This document shows, piece by piece, positions 40,798 through 53,245 of a stretch of DNA of 64,000 bases. The notes beneath the pieces were generated by a model. The model was not told where the DNA came from. It saw only the letters and a program-made list of their open reading frames with translations, and did no database searches. The stretch covers positions 48,794,001 through 48,858,000 of the forward strand of contig OX597819.1 of assembly GCA_951406725.2 (NCBI GenBank), in the 5' to 3' direction. This DNA comes from Octopus vulgaris. Lineage: Eukaryota. A program made the position numbers and the translations under genes. Position 1 is the stretch's first letter; every line of letters starts with the position of its first letter.

Positions 40798-41967
40798 CTA
40801 GTCTTGCCGGGTCTTCTCACGCACAGCATACTTCCATAGGTCTCGGTCTCTAGTCATTTCCATGGTGAGACCTAACGTCCGAAGGTCGTGCTTCACCACC
40901 TCGTCCCAGGTTTTCCTGGGTCTACCTCTTCCACGGGTTCCCTCAACTGCTAGGGATTGGCACTTTCTCACACACCTCTCTTCATCCATTCTCGCCACAT
41001 GACCATACCAGCGCAATTGTCTCTCTTGCACACAACAACTGATGCTTCTTAGGTACAACATTTCTCTCAAGGTACTAACGCTCTGTCGAGTAAGTACACT
41101 GACATTACACATCCATCGGAGCATACTGGCTTCGTTCCTCACGAGCTTACGCATGTCCTCAGCAGTCACGGCCCATGTTTCACTGCCATGTAGCATAGCT
41201 GTTCGTACACATGCATCATACAGTCTGCCTTTTACTCTGAGCGAGAGGCCTTTAGTCACCAGCAGAGGTAAGAGCTCCCTAAACTTTGCCCAGGCTATTC
41301 TTATTCTAGCAGTTACACTTTCAGCGCACCCACCCCCACTACTGACTTGGTCACCTAGATAGCGGAAACTATCAACTACTTCTAGTTTTTCCCCCCGGAA
41401 AGTGACAGAAGTTGTTTTCTGCAGATTTTCGGAGGTCAGTGCTCCAGAGCACCTGCCACAGACAAAAACTATCTTCCCAGTTAGCCTACCTTTGACATTG
41501 CTGCACCTCTTATGTGTCCATAGCTTACACTGGGTACATCTTATAGAGTTTCTACCTACACCTTTTCTACAGATCGAGCAGGGCCATCTTCCTGATGATA
41601 TTTGTGGGTTTTCTACCTTTCTACTTATTAGTACTTTGGTTTTAGCTAGGTTGACTCTAAGGCCCCTCGATTCTAAACCCTCCTTCCACACCTGGAACTT
41701 CTCCTCCAGTTCTGATAGTGACTCAGCGATTAGAGCGAGGTCGTCAGCATAGAGGAGCTCCCAGGGGCAACCTGTCTTGAATTCCTCCGTTATTGCCTGG
41801 AGGACTATGATAAATAGGAGGGGGCTGAGTACTGAACCCTGGTGGACCCCAACCTCTACTTTGAATTCTTCTGTGTACATGTTGCCAACTCTAACCTTAC
41901 TTACGGCATCTCTGTACATGGCTTGCACAGCCCTCACCAGCCATTCATCTATCCCTAGTTTCCTCAT
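40798..41967 (-). CDS. RTE LINE ORF2 C-terminal half: reverse transcriptase with a PHD-like zinc finger (fragment)
   Basis: 389-aa uninterrupted ORF with ELLYADD. The upstream part (to 42136) is in another frame, shifted by a 1-nt loss near 41990. Confidence 0.85.
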   Translation of the reverse strand: MRKLGIDEWLVRAVQAMYRDAVSKVRVGNMYTEEFKVEVGVHQGSVLSPLLFIIVLQAITEEFKTGCPWELLYADDLALIAESLSELEEKFQVWKEGLESRGLRVNLAKTKVLISRKVENPQISSGRWPCSICRKGVGRNSIRCTQCKLWTHKRCSNVKGRLTGKIVFVCGRCSGALTSENLQKTTSVTFRGEKLEVVDSFRYLGDQVSSGGGCAESVTARIRIAWAKFRELLPLLVTKGLSLRVKGRLYDACVRTAMLHGSETWAVTAEDMRKLVRNEASMLRWMCNVSVLTRQSVSTLREMLYLRSISCCVQERQLRWYGHVARMDEERCVRKCQSLAVEGTRGRGRPRKTWDEVVKHDLRTLGLTMEMTRDRDLWKYAVREKTRQD

Positions 41968-42246
41968 TGACCACCAGATGAGGGATCGGGGACCCTATCA
42001 AAGGCTTTCTCCATGTCAACAAAAGCCAGGTACAGGGGCTTATCCTTGGCTAGGTATTTCTCCTGCAGCTGCCTTACCAGGAATATAGCATCAGTGGTGC
42101 TTTTCCCTGGGACAAACCCAAACTGCATCTCATCTAAACATAGACATATACATCTATATATAAATAATGTATTTGAGACACATATGCACACATAGAATAG
42201 TACATCAATAAACATGCATACACATTTATATACATATATATTTATA

Positions 42247-42640
42247 GGCACAGGAGTGGCTGTGTGGTAAGGAGCTTGCTTACCAACCACACAGTTCTGG
42301 GTTCAGTCCCACTGCATGGAACCTTGGGCAAATGTCTTCTACTATAGCCTTGGGTTGACCAAAGCCTTGTGAGTGGATTTGGCAGATGGAAACTGAAAGA
42401 AGCCTGTCGTATATATAAATATATATACATGTGTGTGTGCATGTTTGTTCCCCCTCCCATTGCTTGGCAACTGATGTTGGTGTATTCACATCCCAATAAC
42501 TTAATGTTTCGGCAAAAGAGACTGATAGAGTAAGTACTAGACTTACAAAGAATAAGTCCTGGGTTTAATTTGTTTGACTAAAGGCAGTGCTCCAGCATGA
42601 CCACGGTCAAATGACAAACAAATAAAAGAATAAAAGAATA
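42247..42640 (+). mobile_element. SINE family A
   Basis: Head ggcacaggagtggctgtgtgg through tail aaataaaagaataaaag. Confidence 0.85.
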
Positions 42641-43434
42641 TGAGAGCCAATATATACATTCAAAGCAGAAATTAGGTTAATGATGATTATATCTATTTAG
42701 CTCTGTCTGTCTGCCTGTCTCACCCCTCCTCTTGTTTTCTTTGTTCCATCCCCCTGCATACATACATATATCCATTCCCACCCCCTCTTCCCCACAACCT
42801 ACCCTTGCTTACTACCATTGTATCACCTTTTTCCTCCACTCTTCCTCACATACCCACTGGCACACAATATATCCCTGCTCAATCCCTTCCCCACAACATA
42901 TCTTCCTAATAACCCTCTCTTTACCAGTGCCTACCCCACATTACATCCCTCCTCCCTTTAGCTCCCACTCACCTTTCGAAATCCTGTGAACTCACCCACC
43001 TGCTCATCCACTCCAGTCCTTAGTCCACTTTACTGTACACCCACCCCCTGTAATTCTGGTGTATGGCCTACGACCCCTCCTCATGAAATCTTCACCTTTC
43101 TCTCTTCTCTGCCTTTCCATCTGAGGTAGTCATGCCGTTACTGCCCTGCCCCTCAATACTAACCCCAACCTGTCAGCCCAACCTGTCAGTTGGGGTGGTG
43201 GTTGTCTTGCAAGTTACTTGGTGACCTCACTGCTGCTGCTGGTGCCATATAAAAAAGCACCCTGTACACTCTGTAAGATGGTTGGTGTTAAGAAGGGTAC
43301 CCAAGCATAGAAACCACGCCAAAACAGAGAGCCGAGCTTGATGCAGTCTTCTGACTTACCAGTTCCTGTAAAACAGCCCTACCTAAGCAAGCATGGAAAA
43401 TGGACATTAAATGACGATGATGGTATATATATTC

Positions 43435-43815
43435 GTTTATTTGTTTCAGTTTGTGGCCATGCTGGAGCACCGCCTTGAAGGATTTTAGTTGACCAAATTG
43501 ACATCCAGGCTTATTTTTTAAGCCTAGTGCTTGTTTTATTGGTCCCTTTTGCTGAGCCACTAAGTTACAGAGACATAGACACACCAACAGGCAGTGATGT
43601 GGAGACAAACACAGATACATGCATGCATGCGCACACACACACACACACACACATACTTACACATGACAGGCTTCTTTCAGTCTCTGTCTATCAAATCCAC
43701 TCACAAGATTTTGGTTGGCCTGAGGCTACAGTAGAAGTCACTTGCTCAAGGTGCCCAGCAGTGGGACTGAACCTGGAATTGTGTGGTTGAGAAGCAAGCT
43801 TCATACCACACAACC
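43435..43815 (-). mobile_element. SINE family A (older variant)
   Basis: Reverse complement of family A. Confidence 0.8.
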
Positions 43816-44095
43816 ATTATATGTATGCATGCATGTATGTATGTTTTTATGTATATATATACCTGTATATATATATGTGTGTGTGTGTATCGAGCTGGCA
43901 GAAATGTTAGTGCGCCGGGCGAAATGCTTAGCAGTATTTCGTCTGTCGTTACGTTCTGAGTTCAAATTCCACTGAGGTCTACTTTGCCTTTTATCCTTTC
44001 AGGGTTGATAATTAAAGTACCAGTTTCGCACTGGGGTCTATGTAATCGACTTAATCCCTTTGTCTGTCCTCTCTATGTTTATATATATATACACA

Positions 44096-45235
44096 CAAGG
44101 AGAAGTCAAAAATTATCTGCACTTTTACCATAACATATCTTTATTATTGGAACACTGCCTTCTGTGCATGCATGATTTTAGTTGGTACTATTGTGGTCAC
44201 ATGATTGAAGTATGAGCCTGATTGTGCCATTTTTCTTTCTAGTTTTATAGTGGTTGCTCCACTAGCAATGTGCACAAAAGAAGAATAAAGAGCAGTGATC
44301 TGATTACTCTGGTCAGAAGGTGTGTCAGGTGCTGAAATTCATCAGAGGACCGTGCACAGAAGTGTGTATGAGTGGAGTGAGAAGATTCAACCAGCTCAAG
44401 AGATGGTAATGGTGAATTGGCGAGATATTATTGAGAAGTAGCTCATTCTCTGCAGATTAATCATGGTTCTACCTATCAAATTATCCATGATTAGCTTGGT
44501 TTCCATAAAGTCTGTGCAAGATGGGTGCTAAGAGAGCTTACTGCAGAACATAAGCACAAATGTCTTGAGGTCTGCCAACATTTACTTGATTACTACAACA
44601 ATGAGGGTGAGGAATTTTTGAGCAGAATATACACAAGTGATGAAATGTGGGTCCATCATTATGAGGCAGAATCCAAAAGACAGGGTATGGAGTGGAAACA
44701 TTCCTGGCTCACCAACGACGAAGAAATTTAAGACTCAGTCTTCTATGGGAAAGGTGATGCTAGCTCTTTTTTGGGACAGGGGTGTACCATCAACAGTGCA
44801 AGATACAGTGCTTTGCTAGTCAATAAACTGAAGCCCGCAATTAGTTCCAAATACTGAAGCCTATTGTTGAAGAATGTCTTGTTACTGCATGACAATGCAC
44901 GTCCACACATGACTGCCCAGACTGTTGAAACCATTAATCAATAGGGTTTTTGAGGTACTGGAATACCCTGCCTACAGCCCAGATCTTGTCCTTTCTGCCT
45001 ATCATATCTTTGGACTACTCAAAGGTGGTTTACAAGGTTGTCAATTTCCTATGGATGAAGATGTGAAGGAAGTGGTGCATGAATGGTTGCACAACCAACC
45101 GAAAACCTTCTTCTTGGAGGACTAAGTGCATTGAAAAGGGAGGAGACTATATTGAAAAATAGCGTACTTGTTTATCCCCTGCTTTTTAAATACATTGAAA
45201 AAGCAAGAGTGTGTTTAACTTTTGACTCTCCCTTG
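44096..45235 (+). mobile_element. Degenerate mariner transposon
   Basis: TIRs caaggagaagtcaaaaatta / taacttttgactctcccttg; motifs WVLRELT, IYTSDEMWVHHY, LLLHDNARPH and YPAYSPDL. Confidence 0.9.
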
Positions 45236-45260
45236 TGTACACACACACACACACACACAT

Positions 45261-45297
<37 letters not shown>

Positions 45298-45749
45298 ACC
45301 ATAAAGTCAGTAGGTATTATGAGAGGTGAATATATATTTATGTAACCACATAACTTCCATAGGATTGCAGCCATTTTCCAAACTTCTTCATGTAGTATTA
45401 ATATTGTATGGAAGAAATTCTGTATACAGGTTTGCATTAATATGCATGCACAGCATAATATAATACAATTGCATATTCACAAATTAATGCAAATAAAGAA
45501 AGCTAGCTCAATAGATACAAGGTCATCATGGTTATACCAACAATTCAACTCTAAATATACACACAAAATTTCCTCTTTATATATACAATGTTTGGAAAGC
45601 CAAAACTAGACAAAATTAGATTGATTTAGTTAGTAAGAAGTTAAAAATGGATAAATTAAAAATTAATGACATATAAAATAATATACAAAAAAGAAATTTG
45701 GGTATATATTTAGAGTTGAATTGTAATAATAATAATAATAATAATAATA

Positions 45750-45963
45750 ATCCTTTCCACTGAGGGCACAAAGCCTGAAATTTGTGGGGACGAGACTAGT
45801 TGATTACATCGACCCCATTGTTTCACTGGTACTTAATTTATTGACCCTGAAAGATGAAAGGCAGAGTCAACCTTGGTGGAATTTGAACTCAGAATGTAGT
45901 GACGGGCGAAATACCACTAAGTATTTCATCCAATGTGCTAACGATTCTGCCAGCTCACCGCCT
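45750..45963 (-). mobile_element. SINE family B
   Basis: Reverse complement of the 308-524 family, next to (AAT)n; two more copies follow at ~46010-46515. Confidence 0.8.
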
Positions 45964-46247
45964 CTTTCATGATATAATAATAGCAATGATGAAGATAATG
46001 ATGATGATAATCCCTTCAATTATAGGCACAAAGCTTGAAATTTTAGGGAAGGAGAGTTAATCAACGACCTTGACCCTAGCACTCAATTGGTAATTCATTT
46101 TATCCACCCCACCACCAAAAAAAGTATGAAAGGCAAAGTTGACCTCAGTAGAACTGGAACTTAAAACATGAAGTCCAGAAAAATTTCATTAGTGAGTTTG
46201 TTTGACACGGTATTGATTCTGTTAGCTTGCTACCTTTTGCAGTAGTA

Positions 46248-46307
<60 letters not shown>

Positions 46308-46759
46308 ATCTTTTCTGTTATAGGTACAAGAACTTCTACTATAGGTACAAGAACTTTGTGGGGAAGGTACTAGTCGATTACATCAATCCCAGTGTTTCAC
46401 TGGTACTTAATTTATCGACCCCAAAAGGATGGAAGTCAAAGTCGCCCTCAGTGGAATTTGAACTCAGACTGTAAACATAGATGAAATGCCACTAAGCATT
46501 TTGCCAGCTTGCTGCTTTAATAATAATAAAAATAAAAATAATAATGATGATGATGATAAATGCCCTGATGCAGTACCAGGCAGTGGCTCTCATGGCTTCT
46601 AATCTTAACTGATTGGAAGTGTTATCATGTACATTGTTTTGTCTTGGTATAAAAGATGGGCTACAGCAAATATTCTGCTCAATACCATAGATTTGCTTGT
46701 CAGTTGTTTGACCTTAACCAATTGAGCATGTCCCTTAGTGGCTGACAATATGTGCATCT

Positions 46760-47677
46760 ATAAACTCTTTATATATTAAAAAAATACTGCATTTAATTCT
46801 ATGCAGGATTCCCTAATTTGCATACTGAAAACTTTTAACCCCTCTATAAACTCTATATATACTCAACAAATACAGCATTTATTCTATGCAGGAGTCCCTA
46901 ATATGCATACCGAACATTTTTAACCGCTCAATAAACTCTATATATACTCAACAAATGCAGCATTTAATTCTATGCAGGTGTCCCTAATTTGCATACCGAA
47001 AAATTTTAACGGCTCAATAAACTCTTTATATATTAAAAAAATACTGCATTTAATTCTATGCAGGATTCCCTAATTTGCATACTGAAAACTTTTAACCGCT
47101 TAATAAACTCTATATATACTAAAAATATCCAGCATTTAATTCTATGCAGGAGTCCCTAATTTGCATACCGAAAATTTTTAACCGCTTAAAAAACTCTATA
47201 TATACTCAACAATTACAGCATTTAATTCTATGCAGAAGTCCCTAATTTGAATACCAAAAATTTTTAGCTGCTCAATATACTCTTTATATATTCAGCAAAT
47301 ACAGCATTTAATTGTATGCAGGAGTCCCTAATTTGCATACCGAAAATTTTTAATCGCTATATATACTCAAAAAATACACTAGGAAATCCTATGCTGGAGT
47401 CCCTAATTTGCATATTGAAAAATTTTAACCGCTTAATAAACTCTAAAAATACACTAGGAAATTCTATGCTGGAGTTCCTAATTTGCATACCGAATAATTT
47501 TAACCGCTTAATAAACTCTATATATACTCAACAAATGCAGCATTTAATTCTATGCAGGAGTCCCTAATTTGCATACTGAAAATTTTTAGCCACTTAATAA
47601 ACTCTATATATACTCAACAATTACAGCATTTAATTCTATGCAGGAGTCCCTAACTTGCATACCGAAAATTTTTAACC
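46760..47677. repeat. 86-bp minisatellite, ~11 units
   Basis: Unit starts (ataaactc) at 46760, 46846, 46931, 47017, 47103 and onward; core tctatgcaggagtccctaatttgcatac. Confidence 0.95.
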
Positions 47678-49905
47678 ATCGTCGTCATCATCATCATCGA
47701 TTAACATCCGTTTTCCATGTTGGCATGGGTTGGACAGTTTGAAATCTTGGAGAGGCAGTGGCTGCAACAGGCTTCAATCTAGTCCAGCATAATTTCTACA
47801 GCTAGATACTCTTCCTAACGCCAACTATTCTGAGTGTGTAGTTGGTGCTCTTTATGTCCCATCGGCACAGGAACCAGCTGGCGCGGCACCGAATCCAAGC
47901 TACGGTACTGGTTTTACTTGAGTCAAGCATACTGCAAGCTTACGCATATCCTAGGCATTCATGGCCCATGTTTCACTACCGTATAGTATGGCAGTTCACA
48001 CACATGCATCATACAATCCACCTTTTCCCCTGAGTGAGGGGCCATTAGCTGCCAGCAGAGGGAGGAGTTCCCTGAATTTGCCCAGGCTATTATTACTCTA
48101 GTCACTACACTCGCAGAGCAATCACTCCCACTACATACTTGGTCACCTAGGTAGTAGAAAGTATTTACTACTTCCAGGCATGTAATGGAAGCTGTTTTCT
48201 GAACATCTTCACTGTTTATTGCTCCACTGCATCTGCCACACACAAGAAATAATTTTCCCAGTTAACCTTCCTTTGATATTGCTGCACCTTTTATGTGTCC
48301 ATAGCTTACACCGGGTGCATCGTATGGAGTTTCTACCAATGCCTTTTCTACAGAGGAGTTTGTGATTTGACAGCCTGCACACTAACTAAAACTTTGGTTT
48401 TGCCTAGGTTAACCCTAAGGCCATTCAATTCTAGACTTTGCTTCAACGCCCTAACCTTTGGCTCCAGTTCCGGCAGTGATCTCTGCTATTAGTGCAAGGT
48501 CATCAGCATAGAGGAGCTCCCAGGGGCAGCCTGTCTTGAATTCCTCTGTTATTACCTGGAGGACTATAATGAATAAGAGGGGGCTGAGGACTGATCTTAG
48601 GTTGACTCTTACTCCTACCCGATATTCTTCACTGTACTCATTGCCAACCCTCACCTTACTGTACATGGCTTGTACAGCTCTCAATAAACATTCATCCATC
48701 CCTAGTCTCCTCAATGATCACCAGATAGGGGATCAGGGGACCCTGTCAATGAAAGCCAGGTACAGAGTTTTATCTTGGACTAGGTATTTCTCCTGCATCT
48801 GTCTTATCAGAAATATAGCATCAGTGGTGCTTTTCCCTGACACGAACTGAGACTGCATCTCATCTAGACTGCCTCTCTCCCTAATTACTTGGGCTATGAC
48901 CCTCTCCATGACCTTCATTACCTGATCCAACAACTTGATACCTCTGTAATTATTTGTATCTAATGCGTCACCTTTACCTTTGTTAGCAGTTGACTATGGT
49001 GTTGCTACACCAGTCATTGGGTATGACTCCTTCATGTATCACCTGTTTGACTAGGCTATAGCCGACACCGCCAGATATTTTGAGTATCTCTGTGGTGATT
49101 CCTGATGGTCCAGGGGCTTTCCCTGTCTTCATACCCTTAATTGCTTTACCTACCAAGGCACTGTCAATTTGGATAAATAGCTGGTCCCTCTGTTGGGCTG
49201 GCATTCGGCAGACTCTCTTTCTCACATTCATTCACTTTATTTAGCAAACTTTCATAACGGCGTCTCCAAACCTGTCTCTTTGCAGCTTCGTTTAAAGCAA
49301 GTGAACCATGACCCATGCGGACACATTTCTCTCCTAGGACATCGCGATTCTCTCTCACACACTGTCTTGCAACAGAAAAATACTTCAAGTCTTTGGTCCT
49401 CACGGCACAGAACATTGGCAAATTTTTCCTTATCTGCTTCCCCTCTGGCTAAATAAACCTGTCTCCTAGCTTCCCTTTTGGCAGTCTAATACAATTCCCT
49501 GCTACCACCGGTCTTCCAGTCCTTCAAAGCCTGTTTCTTTTCCTTACTAGCCCTGTCAACAACTTTGTTCCACCACCATGTTACCTTGGGTTGAGAGGAG
49601 ACTTTGCACCATCCACAGATCTGGTCACTAGCCCTCAAAAGGTTGTCCTGTAGAAACCTCCAGTTGTCTTCTACAGCTTTGAGTAATATGTCTCTCAATC
49701 TCTTTTTGCAGGATCCTTAAGCTTCCAGACCCTTCTCCTCTATTCTGGTCATCTTCTGGTCATCCATTTAGCCCTGATCCTGAAGTCGCTAACTACTAAT
49801 CTATGTTGTGGGGTACATTCTTCACCTGGGAAGGTTTGGGCATTTACAAGTAGTCGTCTTTCTTGTTTCCTGGTGAGGATGTAGTCAATTTGACTAGTGT
49901 GTAGG
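47678..49905 (-). mobile_element. Older RTE LINE copy (same family as 39983-42136)
   Basis: Endonuclease end SQIDYILT...PQHRLVVSDF (~49780-49900), GKAPGPSGIT, ELLYADD; many stops; (GAT)n tail. Confidence 0.9.
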
Positions 49906-50286
49906 TGACTAGTGGTAGGTGACTAAATGGCCCTGAATATGCTAATCGATTACCATTTAGTAATTATGATACTTCTACAATTGAAGATAATTTTAATAAA
50001 TAATGAATTCATGTATTATGGTATTTGATACTTGTCAATTGTCTACATTGTTCACATAAATGCCAGTACCAGGCAGAGGTGGTTTCCAGCAGTAAGAGAA
50101 GCTTAAGAATAAATAAATGGAAATTTGTCGGCAGAACAAAGTTAGTAACCATAAGTCACCTCTTACACTCTCAGTGTTGTGATGAGAGTCAAGGTATCCT
50201 CTTGTGAGGAATGGACTGAACCGAGAGAGTGTATATAGTTTGTGTTATTTCATAGTGAAGTTCAAGAGTGTGGGTTGGTTTGTTCA

Positions 50287-50671
50287 TCTCTCTCTATATA
50301 AACGGCAGTTTGTCTGTGCGTGTTTCTGTGTGTCTGTTTTCTCGTACCCTCACTCTGACCACGGCTTTCAACCGATTCTGATGAAACTTGACACACACAT
50401 AGCCCAATGTCATAATTCAAAACTAACGCAGCGAAAATTTTGAAAAGTTCCCCCAGTTCTGAAAAAAATCGATAAATTCGACATGGGGTCGAGAATTAGA
50501 AACCCAAACCACAGACCGTCTAGGGGACGCAACTCTACCTTTTTTAACTCTCAAAAAAAATTTACCATCATTTGTTTTCCATTTTTTTGCTATTTTTTGG
50601 CTATAACTCTCTAAAAATGCTTTATAGTTATTTCCCTTACAAACCTGAGCAACGCCGGGCGATACTGCTAG
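50287..50671 (+). mobile_element. Complete non-autonomous Helitron (385 bp)
   Basis: A|TC 5' end, subterminal imperfect hairpin cctgagcaacgccggg (50644-50659), CTAG|T 3' end, no TSD. Confidence 0.88.
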
Positions 50672-51644
50672 TTTGGAATATTTGTTGGTTCTTGAGAGAT
50701 AGTTACGTTATTATTGCTGCTGCATTATCTTATTTTATCACACTGGTACCACATATTTTAGGCCATTATCCCAATAGTGGTGGTTATACTATATTGGATA
50801 CAAACCATGTTACAGCATCTGGCGACAAAAGGCACGAAGGTCACATAGCGTGTAATTCATCTGCAAACTAAGCATTAAATTCTTTCTTACCAGATTGTTG
50901 GCCTTCTGAAATTCCCTTGCCCATGTTATTTCCTCTGCAGCCATCCACACATTTTATTCAAGATCAACTACATCAATCTTACCAGTTTTGAAGGCACAGC
51001 TCTTGCCCTTTGTCTCAGAAGGAATGCAAAAGGCAAGGATACAGCCCCTTTATCCAGCCAAATTGTTCAAATAAAACATGGGAAAAAAACCCCAAACACC
51101 CACTATTATTCCTGTGAATTAGTAAGCTGTATACTATATCAAACTGAGCCCACATCATCATCTTTAACATGTCTCACAGCTAGAACCTTATACTAAATAT
51201 TTTATCCAATCATTTATCTCCAGAATAGCAGCCTCTACATGGAATCACATTCTCATCAGTACAAATATTAGTACAAATAAGAATTTCTAACAAAGGCACA
51301 TAGCCAGAAATTTTATAGGACATAATGTTAACTATATTGACCCACTCCTTATCTAGTATTTTATTTCATTGCCCACAGAAACAGAGAAATGTGAAGTGTG
51401 TTGACAATGCTAACAAACCCTTTCATGACTTAAATTCTGATAGGTAAACTGTTTCATTAAATATCTAGTGCCAGTTTAGCATACAGTAAACATGGCCATT
51501 TACAATTTAGCATGCTATCTGATGCCAATTCTAGACCATAGCTCTAATCCTAACATAAACCATAACAAGGCATGCACACAATATAAACAAAAGCAGAAAC
51601 AAAACCAAATAAAGAGAAAATCAATTTTAATGCAGGATATTATA

Positions 51645-52035
51645 ATTTGTGATGCAAATGCAAAGTACACACAGTCCATGCAGAAGTTGAAATTATACAA
51701 CAGGTGTGTAATACATTTGAAAGCAGGGTACATAGACAGATGCAAGCAGGTTATTACAATTTGTGATGCAAATGCAAAGTACACAGAGTTCATGCAGAAG
51801 TTGAAATTATACAACAGGTGTGTAATACATTTGAAAGCAGGGTACATAGACAGATGCAAGCAGGTTATTACAATTTGTGATGCAAATGCAAAGTACACAC
51901 AGTCCATGCAGAAGTTGAAATTATACAACAGGTGTGTAATACATTTGAAAGCAGGGTACATAGACAGATGCAAGCAGGTTATTACAATTTGTGATGCAAA
52001 TGTGAAGTACACAGAGTTCATGCAAAAGTTGAAAA
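51645..52035. repeat. 114-bp tandem repeat, ~3.4 units
   Basis: atttgtgatgcaaatg at 51645, 51759, 51873 and 51987. Confidence 0.95.
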
Positions 52036-53203
52036 GTCATGCAGGCTTGCAAAAAATTTCAAAGCAAGTGTCATTGAAAGATACAAACAGTGATTGAATC
52101 CATTTTTAATTTCATTTTTTGGTAGTCTAGGGAGAAGTTCCGAAATTTTGGAGGAAGGGGGCCAGTCGATTAGATTGTCCCCAGTAAGCAACGGGTACTT
52201 AATCTATCGATCCTGGCAACAGGGAAAAAAACCTGCACTAGGAATTGTAAGTAAGGGCATGAAGAAGAAATTGGCAATTCCTACACAAATATATTTAAAA
52301 GAATGAAAGGGGAAAGCAGCGATTCTGAAGAAACTGAAAGAAGCAACAAGATGATTTACACCATAATGTTGTAAAAAACTTTTAAAATGTTTTTATCAAC
52401 AATTCAAAACACAAACAAAACGAATAATTTTAGATACACGCGTAACAATTACATTAATTTAACAATTAATAAAATGAAAGGCAACAACGAAAGCAATGGA
52501 AAATAATTTAAACAATTAACAATTATATAATTTTATACACATGCACACGCTTTCCGTATATTTTGTATAAATAGCTGTTTACGTAACACTGACAGGATGT
52601 TGTCTCAGTTTTTAGACGCAACAAATGATTTTAGCTCAAATAGAGTCGATTCATTGGTTAAAATTCGAAAAATTAAACTACGTTAAACAAACGGATTACA
52701 AATTTATCAAGAAAGCCAAGTCAAAATAATGTTTTCTTTTGACACATTCTACCAGTATACGAAGTTTTAAAGTGTTTAGTTAACTAGAAATTGTGTTGAA
52801 AACTGCCATGTTGTGCACATATGGTTGTGATGCATGTGCCTAGTATACCCTTATCAGACAGGTAGTCATGATGGGTATACTGGGCTTTGTATATTTTACC
52901 CCATTTGTCACTTTGTTGGCATGCACAATAATAATAATAAATCGCTTACTTGTTTCAGTCATTTGACTGGCCATGCTGGAGCACCGTCTTTAGTCAAGCA
53001 AATCGATGCAAAGATTTATTCTTTGTAAGCCTAGTACTTAGTCTATCGGTCTCTTATACTGAACTGCTATGTTATGGGGACATAAACACACCAATTCCAA
53101 TTTGCAAGTGATGTCTGGGTGGGGGACAAGCGCAGACACACAAACATACACGCACAAACATATACACACACATACATATATATGCATATATATATATATA
53201 TAT

Positions 53204-53243
<40 letters not shown>

Positions 53244-53245
53244 TT

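Larger units (their letters stand above)
39983..42136 (-). mobile_element. Young 5'-truncated RTE-clade LINE
   Basis: RT motifs QFGF, AFVDMEKAFDRV, GVHQGSVLSPLLF and YADD; C-terminal RWYGHV and RGRGRPRKTW; 3' UTR ending in (GAT)n. Confidence 0.93.

Noticed and set aside
40024-40853. 208-229 aa repetitive ORFs on the + strand
   Set aside because: Antisense of a LINE 3' UTR; kept open only by the 63-bp period.
46760-47677. CRISPR-like appearance of the regular arrays (also the 63-, 114- and 360-bp arrays)
   Set aside because: Whole units repeat with no unique spacers, there are no cas genes, and the context is eukaryotic.
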